NCBI GenBank assembly: GCA_963712115.1 | Contig: CAVQGX010000021.1 | Span: 61,465 to 125,464, forward strand | Origin: an uncultured delta proteobacterium | GTDB taxonomy: Bacteria; Desulfobacterota; Syntrophobacteria; BM002 | Length of the DNA stretch: 64,000 nt | Reading direction: 5' to 3' | In this document: piece after piece, positions 1-10,575 of the stretch | How the letters are laid out: each line of letters begins with the position of its first letter | How positions within the stretch are numbered: the first letter of the stretch is position 1 | The notes under the pieces: model-generated | Database searches by the model: none | Seen by the model: the letters and a program-made list of their open reading frames with translations, nothing else | Told to the model about the DNA's origin: nothing | Made by a program: the position numbers and the translations under genes

Positions 1-127
1 GCAGGAGGTCACCTATTGAAGGATCTTCTGCGAGTGAACTGCCACAGGTTCCGAATAGATTGTGGGCTTGCTCAATCTTTTCCTCTATGGCTCGAGGGTT
101 GGCCTGACCATGGCTTTGTTCACTCAT
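1..127 (-). CDS. N-terminal part of a hypothetical protein running off the left edge
   Basis: Manual translation MSEQSHGQANPRAIEEKIEQAHNLFGTCGSSLAEDPSIGDLL... is open to position 1. Confidence 0.45.
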   Translation of the reverse strand, partial: MSEQSHGQANPRAIEEKIEQAHNLFGTCGSSLAEDPSIGDLL

Positions 128-213
128 GAATCTTCGCTCACTTTTAATGTGGGGCCATAGAACATACCTGAATCGGGCTGCTTTTGGAATGCCAAAGTAT
201 TACCTTCATTGTG

Positions 214-360
214 GGTTCAGGTTTCAGCGCGGATGGAGGTTTCAGTGTTCAGTGTTCAGGTTTCAGCTTCTATGTTTCTCTTTCCTGACACCTGAAACCT
301 GAAACCAGAAACCCAAAGCCCTGAAACCCGACACCTGAAACCTAAAGCCCTGAAACCCTG
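214..360. repeat. 7-bp-periodic inverted-repeat element (GGTTTCA/CTGAAAC family), copy 1
   Basis: GGTTTCA GTGTTCA GTGTTCA GGTTTCA, spacer CTTCTATGTTTCTCTTTC, then CTGACAC CTGAAAC CTGAAAC...; same element inverted at 10059-10129. Confidence 0.85.
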
Positions 361-411
361 AGATTTGGTGCTTGAAGTTTGCGATTTCATTGCTCCATTA
401 CTCTAGAGTGT

Positions 412-1278
412 TTACTTGGCAATCAGAGAACGAAGCACTCTCAGGTTCTTCTTGTCTTCTTTCAGATCTTGTCCCTTAGGCGTTTCCAGCACCATGGGGT
501 GGTCTTGGAAACGTGGATCGTTCAGGAGCAGACGAAAGCCCTTCAAGCCTATTTCCCCTTTGCCAATGTGTTCGTGGCGATCCACCCGCGAACCCAAAGG
601 CCGCTTGGAGTCGTTGAGGTGAAAGAATTTAAGTCGCTGCAAGCCGATTATCTGATCAAAGAGGGAGAAGGTCTCCTTATAGGTTTCAGGGGTGCGAAGG
701 TCATAGCCGGCAGCAAAGGCATGGGAGGTATCGAAGCAGACTCCTAGACGGTCTTTGTATTGAGACTTCCTCAAGATGAAGGCAATCTCGTCGAATTTGG
801 AGCCCAAATTCGTGCCTTGTCCTGCCGTGCTCTCTATGAGTACCGATACAGTGCTGGTTCCCGAGAGACTTATGGCGGAGTCCAGGTTACGGACGAAGCA
901 TTCGAGGCCGGCTTCCACACCTTGACCCCGATGGGACCCAGGGTGAGTGATAAGAAAGGGAATTTTCAGTGCGGCAGCTCGCACCAGTTCATCGGCAAAA
1001 GCAGTTACTGATTTCTCAACTGTTGCTTGGTCTGGGGCGGCCAAATTAATGAGATAAGAATCGTGGGCTGCCACAACCATCCGGTGGTTCTTTTGCCATT
1101 GCAGACGAAAGTCTTCAATCATTTGGGCAGTAAGAGGAGGAGTCTTCCACTGCCTCTGGTTACTGAGAAAGATCTGCAAGGCTTCACCTTTAACCTTTAG
1201 GATTCGGGTGAAAGCCAGATGCAGGCCGCCGGCAATGGACATATGAGCTCCTAGCAAGGGCACCTCAGTATCCTCCAA
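412..1278 (-). CDS. nfo: Endonuclease IV (AP endonuclease)
   Basis: GAHMSIAGG, HDSYLINL, HPGS, ESTAGQG, CFDTSH, HLNDSK, DRHEHIG, LETP motifs. Confidence 0.95.
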   Translation of the reverse strand: MEDTEVPLLGAHMSIAGGLHLAFTRILKVKGEALQIFLSNQRQWKTPPLTAQMIEDFRLQWQKNHRMVVAAHDSYLINLAAPDQATVEKSVTAFADELVRAAALKIPFLITHPGSHRGQGVEAGLECFVRNLDSAISLSGTSTVSVLIESTAGQGTNLGSKFDEIAFILRKSQYKDRLGVCFDTSHAFAAGYDLRTPETYKETFSLFDQIIGLQRLKFFHLNDSKRPLGSRVDRHEHIGKGEIGLKGFRLLLNDPRFQDHPMVLETPKGQDLKEDKKNLRVLRSLIAK

Positions 1279-1281
1279 GAT

Positions 1282-2536
1282 TTAGTCACTCCCGATGTTA
1301 AGACTTTTGTCCTGAAACTCAACTTCTGGAAAGTCACTTCCTAAAAAGGCAAACCCGAAGGTGCCAATTACACCGAATGAGAAAGCGACTAGGAAGTTTG
1401 TCGTGGGGCTTATTAGCCAGAGAAATGCACCGCCGAAGGCGGCAATGGAAACGAACACATCTCGCATAAGATAGTACAGGCCGAACATACCTGCCTTGCA
1501 GTTTTCTGGGGCTAGATCCATAATCAGCGCCTTACGGGTGGGTTCTCCGAACTCTTTGAAACCTCTCAAGATAAAGGCGAGGACCAGCCAGTTGAAAGAA
1601 TGGCAGAAGAGGAGGGTGAGGGGAAATAAGGTGAAAAAAACAAAGGTCATGACCACGAAAGGCTTTTTTGTCAGTCTTATCAGCAAGATATGCGACAGGC
1701 ACATAGACGAGCACGGCCGTGGCCATCTCAATGCTGGTGAGGATGCCAAACTGTAAAGCGGAAACAGGCGAGGAAATGGTCTTCATACACCAGACGACGA
1801 CAAAGGCATAAGGGATCTGTTCGCAGTAGCGCACGAGAATGTCGGATACCAGAAGCCGTCTAAGGTTCGGAGCCATTAAGCGGTAGAGTTTTAACGGATT
1901 CTTCTCCGGTACATATAGGCACTCTTCTCCAGGCTGTTTCGGCGGCTCATCTTCGATGAGCTTCTGCTGCAGGACAATTGCTACGAATGAAAGCAGCAGA
2001 GCAGCAACAAAGGCCGCCCGAACCCCGTCTCGCTCCCCCCAAATTCCAATGCAAACACCCCCCAGCACAGGGCCCAGGGCCATGGGAATTCTTCGCACCA
2101 AAGAATGCATACTGACTCCCATGGTCCTTTTGCTCATAGGCAGCACTTTGGCGATAAGGCTCATGGTGGCGGGAAGAGAGATTGCTGACCAGGAAATAAA
2201 AAGAACGGCCCCAACAAGAACAGCCTGCCAGGCGGGAAATATGATGACAACAAGGAAGCCGCACATGGCGACAATATTGAATATGAGTAGGGCTCGTTTG
2301 GTGCCTAAGCGGTCGGACAGATACCCTCCAGGAAAGGAGTAAAGGGCCGAGAGCAGGTTATCCATTCCGTTTAGAAAACCAATGGACAGGGCGCCGCCCC
2401 CTAGGGCCAGAAGGTAAATGGGTAGAAATCTCTCGGCCAACCGCTCTCCCATACCTACGAGAATCACCATGAACAGCACGCCCACTGTGCTTCTGGTGAG
2501 ACCCAAAAAATCGGAGACACGGTCTACCCGCGCCAT
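1282..2536 (-). pseudogene. MFS transporter interrupted by a +1 frameshift (possibly a sequence error)
   Basis: ORFs 1532..2536 and 1282..1749 join at ...LADKTD/KKPFVVMTF if one base is removed from the T6 run at 1664-1669; GYLSDRLGTKR MFS motif A; span is 3n+1. Confidence 0.8.
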
Positions 2537-2829
2537 AGTGCTATCCTTTCAAAGAAAACAATGGTTTCAGTCCTAATCCTCTGTAAATCTGTGACTTAGC
2601 ATAATTTCAAATTATTTTTCGGTTTTTGGACGTTCCTTTGCAACTTATCCCACTATATCAATTAAACACTTTGCGGGTAAGCAATGTGAGATTAAACTAT
2701 CTAAATCGTCTCCGTCCGGCAACCGCGTTCTTGGGTGTTATTCCGAGGAGACCCGAAAATGGGGGGACAACGAGGAATCTCATGGATGAGAGGGCAGCAG
2801 CGATTGTTCGACTAGAAGGTGGCGGTTAA

Positions 2830-3483
2830 ATGAAAAGAGAATCAAAAATACAGTTATTTCAGCGGGTTGACGTTTATCCGGTAACCTGCGAGCGGTTTTC
2901 CCTAGGGAGGTCGAATCTGCAGGTTCTGGAGGCGGTGATCCAGGGCGGGTCAAAAATAATTCAGCTAAGAGAGAAAGAGTACCCTAAGAAGGATTTTTAT
3001 CACCTGGCCTTGAAGTTCAAGGAGATTACCACCAGAGCCGGGGTTTTGCTCATCATCAACGATCATGTGGATATTGCTCTCGGTGTGGAGGCAGACGGAG
3101 TTCACCTGGGCCAGGAAGATTTGCCCGTGCAGGTAGCGAGAAAGCTGGCGCCGGAGTTGCTTATCGGAGCCTCAACCCACTCTCTGGAACAAGCTCTCCA
3201 GGCTGAAAAGGATGGGGCAGACTACATCAACATTGGTCCAATATTTTCAACCGAAACTAAGGAAGGGGTGGGACGTTCCTTGGGCCCTGAGGCAATCAGC
3301 GAAATAAGCCCGCAGATTAAGATACCCTTTACGGTGATGGGAGGGATAAACGAGGACAATATAGAACAGGTTCTAGCCAAAGGCGCACGAAGGGTGGCAA
3401 TGGTTACGGCCATAACTAAGGCCGCGGACATTGCGGCTAAGGTTGCATCCTTGAAAGAAAAAATCAGACAATTTTCGGGCTAG
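2830..3483 (+). CDS. thiE: Thiamine-phosphate synthase
   Basis: QLREK, INDHVD, GVHLGQEDL, GASTHS, GPIFSTETK, GGI motifs. Confidence 0.93.
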   Translation: MKRESKIQLFQRVDVYPVTCERFSLGRSNLQVLEAVIQGGSKIIQLREKEYPKKDFYHLALKFKEITTRAGVLLIINDHVDIALGVEADGVHLGQEDLPVQVARKLAPELLIGASTHSLEQALQAEKDGADYINIGPIFSTETKEGVGRSLGPEAISEISPQIKIPFTVMGGINEDNIEQVLAKGARRVAMVTAITKAADIAAKVASLKEKIRQFSG

Positions 3484-3512
3484 GAATGATAGTTTAAGCG
3501 CACCTCAGACTA

Positions 3513-4547
3513 TCAGAGATTAATATCAGGCCAACTTGAGATGGGATCGGTTGAACGGACTACATGCATTCCTGCGGCGGCAAATCTCTGAAAAGCCGCG
3601 GTGGCCTGTTGGGTGTAATCTATGACTCCAGGGATAACAACTGGAGAAGAGCAGTCTTCCAGAAGGTAGACTTTCTCAGCAAGCTTTTTATCTGAAAGCT
3701 GAATTTCGCTCAATAGATCGTCTATTGTCCAGGCAACACAGTGACTCTTGGCCTGCCCGGCAATAACAACTGCATCAAAGTCCAAAAGCTTTTTGATAAA
3801 TCCCACATTTTTTTTAGCAATCTGCTCTCCTGCTGCGTCCTCTAACACCTCTGGTTTGAGAACCGAGTAATTCTCGGTGAAGGGATTACCTCCTTTGACT
3901 TGAAAATCCGGCTGGCTATATCGGGCGATACTGTGGAAAAAAATGACTTCCTCAACCGCTGAAACCAGGGCATGGCCAATGCCGCCGAGCATGGCATGAT
4001 ACGGCCAGATGGTGAGGTCATACTTGCCGCCTTCTTTCAGCTGCCGAGTGTAGTGGCGCAAATATTCCTGGCCGTAAGTTTCGTCGATATTCAGACTGGA
4101 GGAAAGTTCAGGGTTGAATTGCCAAACACCTTGCTCAATATCTTCAAGGCTAATGAGTGTATATGGTTCTGGATGGTCTCCCTTGTCATTTACCAGAAAA
4201 ATGGAGTGAAAAATCTGCATGGCCTGATGGGTGTCCATGGTTGGGCATATCTCAGTAATCACACCCAAGTTGCCATAAATGAATTGGCACAACCTGCGAT
4301 TGTCATCTACAGCTCCTGTTCCTGAAGCACCGCCAACAAAAAGCTCAAAATCTGGAATACAGAAGGTGTTCTGCACATCAACCAAGAGCAGGGAAATGCG
4401 GAATTTGTCGCGAGAAGCGGGCTGGAGCAAGTTTTTTTTTGCCCATTTTTCAGCATCTGCCGCCCGTTCCTGATAAGCTACCTTCCACACTTCGCCAACT
4501 TTTCCTGGATTGAAGTGCGGGGGGATAGGAAGTTTTTGCCTTGCCAC
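3513..4547 (-). CDS. Cysteine hydrolase, nicotinamidase/isochorismatase family
   Basis: [26 protein letters not shown] catalytic motifs. Confidence 0.8.
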   Translation of the reverse strand: MARQKLPIPPHFNPGKVGEVWKVAYQERAADAEKWAKKNLLQPASRDKFRISLLLVDVQNTFCIPDFELFVGGASGTGAVDDNRRLCQFIYGNLGVITEICPTMDTHQAMQIFHSIFLVNDKGDHPEPYTLISLEDIEQGVWQFNPELSSSLNIDETYGQEYLRHYTRQLKEGGKYDLTIWPYHAMLGGIGHALVSAVEEVIFFHSIARYSQPDFQVKGGNPFTENYSVLKPEVLEDAAGEQIAKKNVGFIKKLLDFDAVVIAGQAKSHCVAWTIDDLLSEIQLSDKKLAEKVYLLEDCSSPVVIPGVIDYTQQATAAFQRFAAAGMHVVRSTDPISSWPDINL

Positions 4548-4676
4548 GGTTTCTCTCTTTGTTTACTTCATAGCGTCTTCATACTTGTCATAATACTACC
4601 AGTCATAAATCATCGAGTAAATTGTAGGCTGCCAGTCAGCAGCCCAAATCCGCAATCAGAAATCAGAAATGTGCCC

Positions 4677-5960
4677 CTAATCCCATTTTCGCAGATCTAA
4701 GATACGCTTTTCGGGCTCTCGAAGGTCACTGGCTTGGACAAAAGCCACATCGGCTCTCAATTTTAGTACAGTACGGATTCTTTCCTGGAGCGGAGAGAGC
4801 AATCCCTCTTGAGATGAGGTTTTGTCTAACACTGCACGAAAGGTGAGTTTGTCGCGGTCTTGTTCGCGCTCCACTACTGCCTGAGCCGCTTGAATTTCCG
4901 GAAAAGCAGCCACCACCTCTTCCACCTGGGAGGGATGGATGAACATGCCACGCACTTTGGTGACCTGATCCACCCTCCCTACGAGTTTCATCAGGCGAGG
5001 TGAGGTGCGGCCGCAGGGACAAGGTTCCTCCTCGTAATAGGAAAGATCTCCGGTGCCAAAGCGGATCAAGGGATAGACGGGATTTTCAAGCAAAGTCACC
5101 ACTACCTCACCAACTTGCCCTGCCCCCAGTTGCTTGCCGGTTTCAGGGTCCACCACCTCTATAACTCGGTAGTCAGCAAAGTGCATTCCGTTCTTTTCGC
5201 CGCACTCATAGGCGATTGCCCCTACATCCGCTGTGGCGAGGAACTGGCGAACGAGAATACCATAGTCTTCTTCCAGCCGTCGGCGGCTTGCGTGGGTTAG
5301 CATCTCACCTGCGGTGACCGCTATTTCCAGACTAAAATCCCGGCGGAAATCTTTGCCCTCTTGTTCTGCTCGTTCAATGATGGCCTGGAGAAAACTGGGT
5401 ACTCCTACATAACCGGTGAGCTGGAGCTCCGCCATGAGCTGAACCTGAGTTTCAGTGTTGCCCACACCACCGGGGACTACGGTGCAGCCAATGCCGCTCA
5501 AACCCTCATCGCACATGAGCCCGCCCGGGGTAAGGTGGTAAGAGAAGGTATTCAGCACCCTGTCTCCGGGGCGGAAACCGGTATTAAAGAAAACCCCCTG
5601 CAACCGCCAGTAATCAGCCTGATGCCCCTCAGGGTCAAAAATAGCTCCGGGAGAAGAATAGATTCGGCGAAGTTTGTCCAGCTCCACCGCCAAAAAACCA
5701 CCAAAAGGGGGGGAGGCTTGCTGGAGTTGACGCATTTGGGCTTTAGGGGTAATTTTTAGTGACTGCAGATCTTCCAAGGAGCGAATGTCGGTGGGACCCA
5801 CTCCTGCTGCCTGGAATTTCTCTCGCATAGCGGGGGCTTCTTGGAAAGCTGTCATAACTGCCCGCTGTAATTGATTTTCCAGGATGTGTTTTTTCGCATC
5901 CCACGGAAGTGTTTCCAGCTGTTCATCATAATAGCCACGCAAGCGCTCGTCTTTTTTCAT
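4677..5960 (-). CDS. Phenylacetate-CoA ligase family (PaaK-like) AMP-forming enzyme
   Basis: YECGEKNGMH, GEVVVT, YPLIRFGTGDL, CPCGRTSPR, GRVD, KVRGMFIHPSQVE. Confidence 0.85.
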   Translation of the reverse strand: MKKDERLRGYYDEQLETLPWDAKKHILENQLQRAVMTAFQEAPAMREKFQAAGVGPTDIRSLEDLQSLKITPKAQMRQLQQASPPFGGFLAVELDKLRRIYSSPGAIFDPEGHQADYWRLQGVFFNTGFRPGDRVLNTFSYHLTPGGLMCDEGLSGIGCTVVPGGVGNTETQVQLMAELQLTGYVGVPSFLQAIIERAEQEGKDFRRDFSLEIAVTAGEMLTHASRRRLEEDYGILVRQFLATADVGAIAYECGEKNGMHFADYRVIEVVDPETGKQLGAGQVGEVVVTLLENPVYPLIRFGTGDLSYYEEEPCPCGRTSPRLMKLVGRVDQVTKVRGMFIHPSQVEEVVAAFPEIQAAQAVVEREQDRDKLTFRAVLDKTSSQEGLLSPLQERIRTVLKLRADVAFVQASDLREPEKRILDLRKWD

Positions 5961-6044
5961 GGTGTCATTCCTCGGCGTTTTGGACTCAGGCAGTTGTGGA
6001 TGGAGTATTGTTTAAAAGGCTGAGATAAAAATTATAAGCAGGGA

Positions 6045-7463
6045 TCAACCTGGTCCCAGCTCTTTTTCGCTAATTTCCCGTTTGACTTGATCCTGGAGGG
6101 CTTGGAGCCGGGGGGATATTTTCACAGGGTAGTTTGGGTTTCCCTCTAGGTCCTTGTAAGTTTCCGGGAGCAGTTTGAATTCTTCTCGGAAACGCTCTTG
6201 AATCTTAGGCAGAGGCTCCCGTGGGAGCAGCCTTTTTCCATCTTGCATCACTGTTTCCAGCAGAGATTCTGAATCGGCCACTTCCTCCTCTAGCAAGCCT
6301 ATGAGATCCCCCTTGAAAAAACCATGTTCATCCCGTTGCCGAAACACCTGCTTGGGACCCGCCAGGGAAACCTTGCCGCTACTCAACTTCAATACCGGTC
6401 TGCCGTTATACATGACCATTTTATAGGCCATGTCAAGGTAGGGAGCATCGGCAGATACTCCCATCTTGGTGCCCACCCCGAATGCATCGATGATGGCTCC
6501 GGCAGACAGTATTTTGTGGATCTTGAATTCGTCGAAGCCTCCACTGGCAAAGATCTTAACCTCAGGGAAGCCAGACTCATCGAAGATTTTTCTCACCTGC
6601 TGGCTGAGTCGAACCATATCGCCACTATCCAAGCGTACGGCTCTAAGAGTCTGTCCGGCCTGTCGCATCTCGCCAGCCACGGTCACCGCCTTTCGTGCCC
6701 CGGCCAGGGTGTCGTAGGTGTCAATAAGCAGGACGGTATTGTCGGGAAATGATTTGGCAAAGGCGCGGAATGACTCGATTTCTCGGTCGAAACTTTCAAC
6801 GTAAGAATGCGCCATGGTGCCGTGGATGGGCAGACCATAAATCTTACCTGCCTGCACATTGCTGGTGCCGATGAAGCCACCGATAAAACTGGACCTGGCT
6901 ACCATTAGGCCCGCATCCATCCCGTGAGTGCGGCGCAAGGAAAAATCCACCAGTCGTCGCTCGCCAGCGGCGTAGTGACAACGAGAGGCCTTGGTCGCAA
7001 CTAATGTAGGGAGATTTATGGAATTGATGACGAAGGTCTCTACCAGCTGAGCTTGCATAACAGGGGCGGTAATTTCAACTAGTGGCTCATCACAGAAGGC
7101 GATGCGCCCTTCGGGAACTGCTCGCAACTCGCCAGTAAAGCGGAGCGTTTCCAAAAACTGGAGGAATTTGTCGGGGAAAAGGGAAGTCTGTTCCAGGTAT
7201 TCGAGATCGTCGGGACGGAAGTGGAAAGACTCCAAATAATCTAAGAGAGGATCCAGCCCAGCGCAGACCAAGTACGAGCGTTTGGGGGGGTATTCTCGTA
7301 CCATGAGACTGAAGGTGGCTGGAGCGAACATGTCTTGCTCGAAATAACTGGCGGCCATGGTGAGCTCATACAGATCAGTCATGATTTCTCTGCTCAGTGG
7401 CTGATCTGTACCCATTGGCAATATCCTCTCGGGTGGAGTGCTACTGATTTCCAGTATGGACAA
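6045..7463 (-). CDS. pncB: Nicotinate phosphoribosyltransferase
   Basis: TDLYELTM, DFSLRRTHG, GTMAHSY, LIDTYDT, VRLDSGD, FGVGT, YKMV, KLSSGK. Confidence 0.93.
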   Translation of the reverse strand: MSILEISSTPPERILPMGTDQPLSREIMTDLYELTMAASYFEQDMFAPATFSLMVREYPPKRSYLVCAGLDPLLDYLESFHFRPDDLEYLEQTSLFPDKFLQFLETLRFTGELRAVPEGRIAFCDEPLVEITAPVMQAQLVETFVINSINLPTLVATKASRCHYAAGERRLVDFSLRRTHGMDAGLMVARSSFIGGFIGTSNVQAGKIYGLPIHGTMAHSYVESFDREIESFRAFAKSFPDNTVLLIDTYDTLAGARKAVTVAGEMRQAGQTLRAVRLDSGDMVRLSQQVRKIFDESGFPEVKIFASGGFDEFKIHKILSAGAIIDAFGVGTKMGVSADAPYLDMAYKMVMYNGRPVLKLSSGKVSLAGPKQVFRQRDEHGFFKGDLIGLLEEEVADSESLLETVMQDGKRLLPREPLPKIQERFREEFKLLPETYKDLEGNPNYPVKISPRLQALQDQVKREISEKELGPG

Positions 7464-7565
7464 AGTATTCTCTCTTTAGCAGAAAGGGGAAAAGGGTTCA
7501 AGATATTATAAAAAACAAGAGTTTCACCATGTGGCTATGGGGGTTTTTGGCGAATGTAAGTGGTG

Positions 7566-7768
7566 AGCGGCTGCAGGTGTCTTTCCTTTCGTTCCGAGTC
7601 TCCCGGGCCTGGTCACTTCTGGCGCAGCTGCGTTGCGGGGGAAGGCGGCCCCCCTCCCTGTTCCCGCCTTTGCAAAGCTTCGGCGGGCCAGGGGCTCCCC
7701 CACCCGCAGCTGCGGAAGTGAGCACAGGCCTCCCGCCAGTCACTCCAGAAAAGACACCTGCAGCCGCT
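7566..7768. mobile_element. MITE/REP-like palindromic element (family M3) with 19-bp terminal inverted repeat
   Basis: AGCGGCTGCAGGTGTCTTT (7566-7584) vs AAAGACACCTGCAGCCGCT (7750-7768); internal parts shared with 20396-20582 and 48287-48485. Confidence 0.75.
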
Positions 7769-7981
7769 ATGACCCTGGTAAGCCAATTTAAAGTTACGGG
7801 GGGAACCCCACATTAAGATACATTTATTGGCAATGTCACAAATATAGGATATGTATTATTTATTGTGGGCAAAGATGTGATCAGGGGTTCTGTTTGTCTT
7901 GGAGAGTAATAACTCAATTCATTCGCTGGGGTGACAGATTGTGGGTTTTTCGCCATTGGACGGTAATCTTGGTGCTCGCCG

Positions 7982-7997
7982 TGGCACAAAGAGTGCA
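7982..7997 (+). promoter_or_regulatory. Putative sigma-54 (-24/-12) promoter upstream of the ARMT1-like gene
   Basis: TGGCACAAAGAGTGCA: GG at 7983-84 and GC at 7995-96 with canonical spacing. Confidence 0.35.
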
Positions 7998-8241
7998 TCA
8001 ATTTAGTTGCGATCATTGCTGCTCAAGTTCTTGGGAGAAAATATAATAGCCAATGGTCGGACTTTCCACTGGACAACAGTAGGTTACATTCTCTATTAGA
8101 ATGAATGGAAAGCAATAAGCACAGGTGGAAACTCTGTTAAAATTAATGTGTAAGATAAAGACCTACTCTTGCCTGAGTTGCTTAGACTATTTTTAATAAC
8201 TAACACCTTGTAGATTATGCAAAATAACGGAGTGAGTAGAA

Positions 8242-10056
8242 ATGGGTTCAAAGACCACTACACAACCGCATCCTGTGGGTGATCTAATTCCCAAATACCG
8301 GGGGGACCCTAAAGATGATGCCTGGCTGACAAATTTTTTTACCGAGAATCACCTGGATTTTGAAACCCAACCCGATGAGGTGGCTTCACCTGAACAGGTC
8401 CGTTTCGTTGTCCATTTACCTGAAAATGTGGTCTACTATCCTTGCTCCACTGAAGTGTTCGAGGCCATCTTGAACAGGCAGTCAAAGACGTACCTCCATG
8501 ACCGTTATCAAATGGTTTGGAAGGTTGTAGAACGGTTGGTTCAAGAGCTGATCCCCGATAAGTCTAAAAGGACCTTTCTAACAGAATTACTGAGGATTAA
8601 ATTCGAACACGATACCCACGACGGCATCCTCCTCCCAACTCGTCTTGAAAAAAGGCTCTTTAAGATATTTATTGATAAAAGCAAAATCGACACCCCATAT
8701 TTTCCTGCCAAAGTAGAGCGGAATAAGATGGTGTACGAATTGGTTGCAGGACCAAACTTCTGGAACACCTTCAACTGGATTGACCAGCAAACGGTCCTGA
8801 GCTTTGAAAGCCTAGAAGATCTAAAGTCTGAGGCGGCTAAGCTGCAACTGCAAAGACTTCTCAAGCTGGGTGTTGCTCGTGAGCTCTGGGAAGATGGCGT
8901 CGCGAGATCTGATCCGCCCAAGATAGATTTTCATAGAATTCTCCATCGACCTCTGAGGGGGAAGGGAGTTGAGACTTTGCTCAAGCTTTTACAGCGTCCC
9001 CAAGAGGCGCCTGGTACTTGTACCGAGCCTCCCAAGAAAATCCTTTGGCTATGCAATGAGGCGGGTGAAATTGTCCTTGACTTGAAGATCATACGGTTTC
9101 TTTTAGGCTGGGGACACAAGGTAATACTGGTGGTCAAGGATGGTTTCTATCTTAACAAGGTGACAAGATACGATGTGGAAAATGACCCGGTACTGGTGGA
9201 AGAACTTGATGGGGCCTCCTTTATTAAAGACCCAGGTATTTCGAAGAGAGAACTACTGGAAAAACTCAAGACAGACACGCAGCTTTTCATCATCTCCGAC
9301 GGCACTCAGGAGCGTCTAAATTTTCTCCTAACTTCTACGACCTTCGCCAGAATGTTCAAGGAAGCCGATGTGGTTATCTCTAAAGGAGAGGGGCAATGGA
9401 GACGACTGTTTGCCAACCCTTTCCAATTTACCCGGGATGTTTTTAACGTGCGGCTGGGGAAGGACGGAGAAGAGGTTATAGTGAGCTACAAACCCAGACA
9501 TCCCGAAGCAGTGAAGTTCTCAGAACAGGATCTCAAAGAAAAGGCGCAAGCACTCATTCGGGAAATGACCGCCGCAAAGAGTCGAGGTGAAAAGGTCATC
9601 TTTTACAGTGCCATTATCGGCAGCATTCCAGGACAGATGGAGACCGCGATCCTAATTCTAACATCTTTTGTGAGTGACCTTCGCCAAACCTACAAGAAAA
9701 GTTTCATCATCAACCCATCCGAGCATTTCGTTCCGGGTATGGATGCTGACGATCTCATGTATATGTGGGAAGTAGTGCAGCGGAGCGGTCTAATCGACAT
9801 ATGGAGGTTTCAAACCGTAGAAGATATTGAGACTAGCTTCAGGCTGCTCAATAGGGAAGTTCCACCGGAATGGCTCGGCAAGGACGCCACCTACAGCACA
9901 GGTTGTACTAAAGAGATGAAGATTGCCCTGGACGTACAGCTGGCGCATCCAGAAATGCAGATTATAGGACCCGCCAAAGAACGTTTCCTGCGCCGTTCTG
10001 ACTATGGGATCGGGAAACTCTACGATCGACGGTTGAGCGATATCAGCTTACCTTAA
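8242..10056 (+). CDS. ARMT1/DUF89-like metal-dependent phosphatase domain protein with N- and C-terminal extensions
   Basis: ILWLCNEAGEIVLDL (variant of DNAGEIVFD) and ADVVISKG motifs; 604 aa; RBS GGAG. Confidence 0.65.
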   Translation: MGSKTTTQPHPVGDLIPKYRGDPKDDAWLTNFFTENHLDFETQPDEVASPEQVRFVVHLPENVVYYPCSTEVFEAILNRQSKTYLHDRYQMVWKVVERLVQELIPDKSKRTFLTELLRIKFEHDTHDGILLPTRLEKRLFKIFIDKSKIDTPYFPAKVERNKMVYELVAGPNFWNTFNWIDQQTVLSFESLEDLKSEAAKLQLQRLLKLGVARELWEDGVARSDPPKIDFHRILHRPLRGKGVETLLKLLQRPQEAPGTCTEPPKKILWLCNEAGEIVLDLKIIRFLLGWGHKVILVVKDGFYLNKVTRYDVENDPVLVEELDGASFIKDPGISKRELLEKLKTDTQLFIISDGTQERLNFLLTSTTFARMFKEADVVISKGEGQWRRLFANPFQFTRDVFNVRLGKDGEEVIVSYKPRHPEAVKFSEQDLKEKAQALIREMTAAKSRGEKVIFYSAIIGSIPGQMETAILILTSFVSDLRQTYKKSFIINPSEHFVPGMDADDLMYMWEVVQRSGLIDIWRFQTVEDIETSFRLLNREVPPEWLGKDATYSTGCTKEMKIALDVQLAHPEMQIIGPAKERFLRRSDYGIGKLYDRRLSDISLP

Positions 10057-10058
10057 AG

Positions 10059-10129
10059 AGGTTTCAGGTGTCAGGGTTCAGGTGTCAGGGAGGAGAAACA
10101 TAAAAGCTGAAACCTGAACACTGAAACCT
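10059..10129. repeat. 7-bp-periodic inverted-repeat element (GGTTTCA/CTGAAAC family), copy 2, inverted
   Basis: Reverse complement matches 237-305 including the spacer CTTYTATGTTTCTCYTYC. Confidence 0.85.
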
Positions 10130-10283
10130 TAGCAATTGTTATTTGTGATTTGGAATTTTTAGTCACTCTATTACTCCAACACATTATTACTCCAAGAAAA
10201 TTTGAGATTGTGAGAGCGGCTTTCCCCGCCCGCCTCGCCTGAGTCCTCCTCAGGCGGACGATGGCGGGCAGGTAGCCGAGATA

Positions 10284-10550
10284 GTGACGGCCATGCCCTA
10301 TGAACGGATAGAGGTTGAATGCTACAGCGGCTATCGTGCCAATGAGCGTCCTTTAGCATTCATCTTTGAAGATCGCCGTTGGCAGGTGGAGGAAATCCTT
10401 GAACGCTGGTATGAGGGTGGCCTTCAGCCAAGTAAGCCGGCTTTGGACTACTTTAAAGTGAGGACTAGTGAGGGTAGGGTATTTCTACTCCGCTACAATT
10501 CGCTCTTCGATGCCTGGGCCATCCGAGTCCCCCCGAAATCAACCCATTGA
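10284..10550 (+). CDS. Small conserved hypothetical protein (DUF6504-like)
   Basis: VECYSGYRANERPLAF...WQVEEILERW...YFKVRT...LLRY...W pattern. Confidence 0.6.
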   Translation: MTAMPYERIEVECYSGYRANERPLAFIFEDRRWQVEEILERWYEGGLQPSKPALDYFKVRTSEGRVFLLRYNSLFDAWAIRVPPKSTH

Positions 10551-10575
10551 CTTGCGTGCCGATCCCAACCGACTA

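Noticed and set aside
214-360. Short repeats as a CRISPR array
   Set aside because: These are 7-bp tandem units without 23-47-bp direct repeats or unique spacers; no cas genes are present.
2700-2829. Possible TPP riboswitch upstream of thiE
   Set aside because: The leader is GC-rich but lacks the CTGAGA and ACCTGA...AATNCNNGCG core motifs.
7498-8016. Short ORFs over the M3 element and adjacent intergenic DNA (also 20211-20582, 23858-24061, 48118-48928)
   Set aside because: They are translations of palindromic repeats; shared peptides such as MKMWC.L.RNSANK reflect the DNA repeat, not genes.
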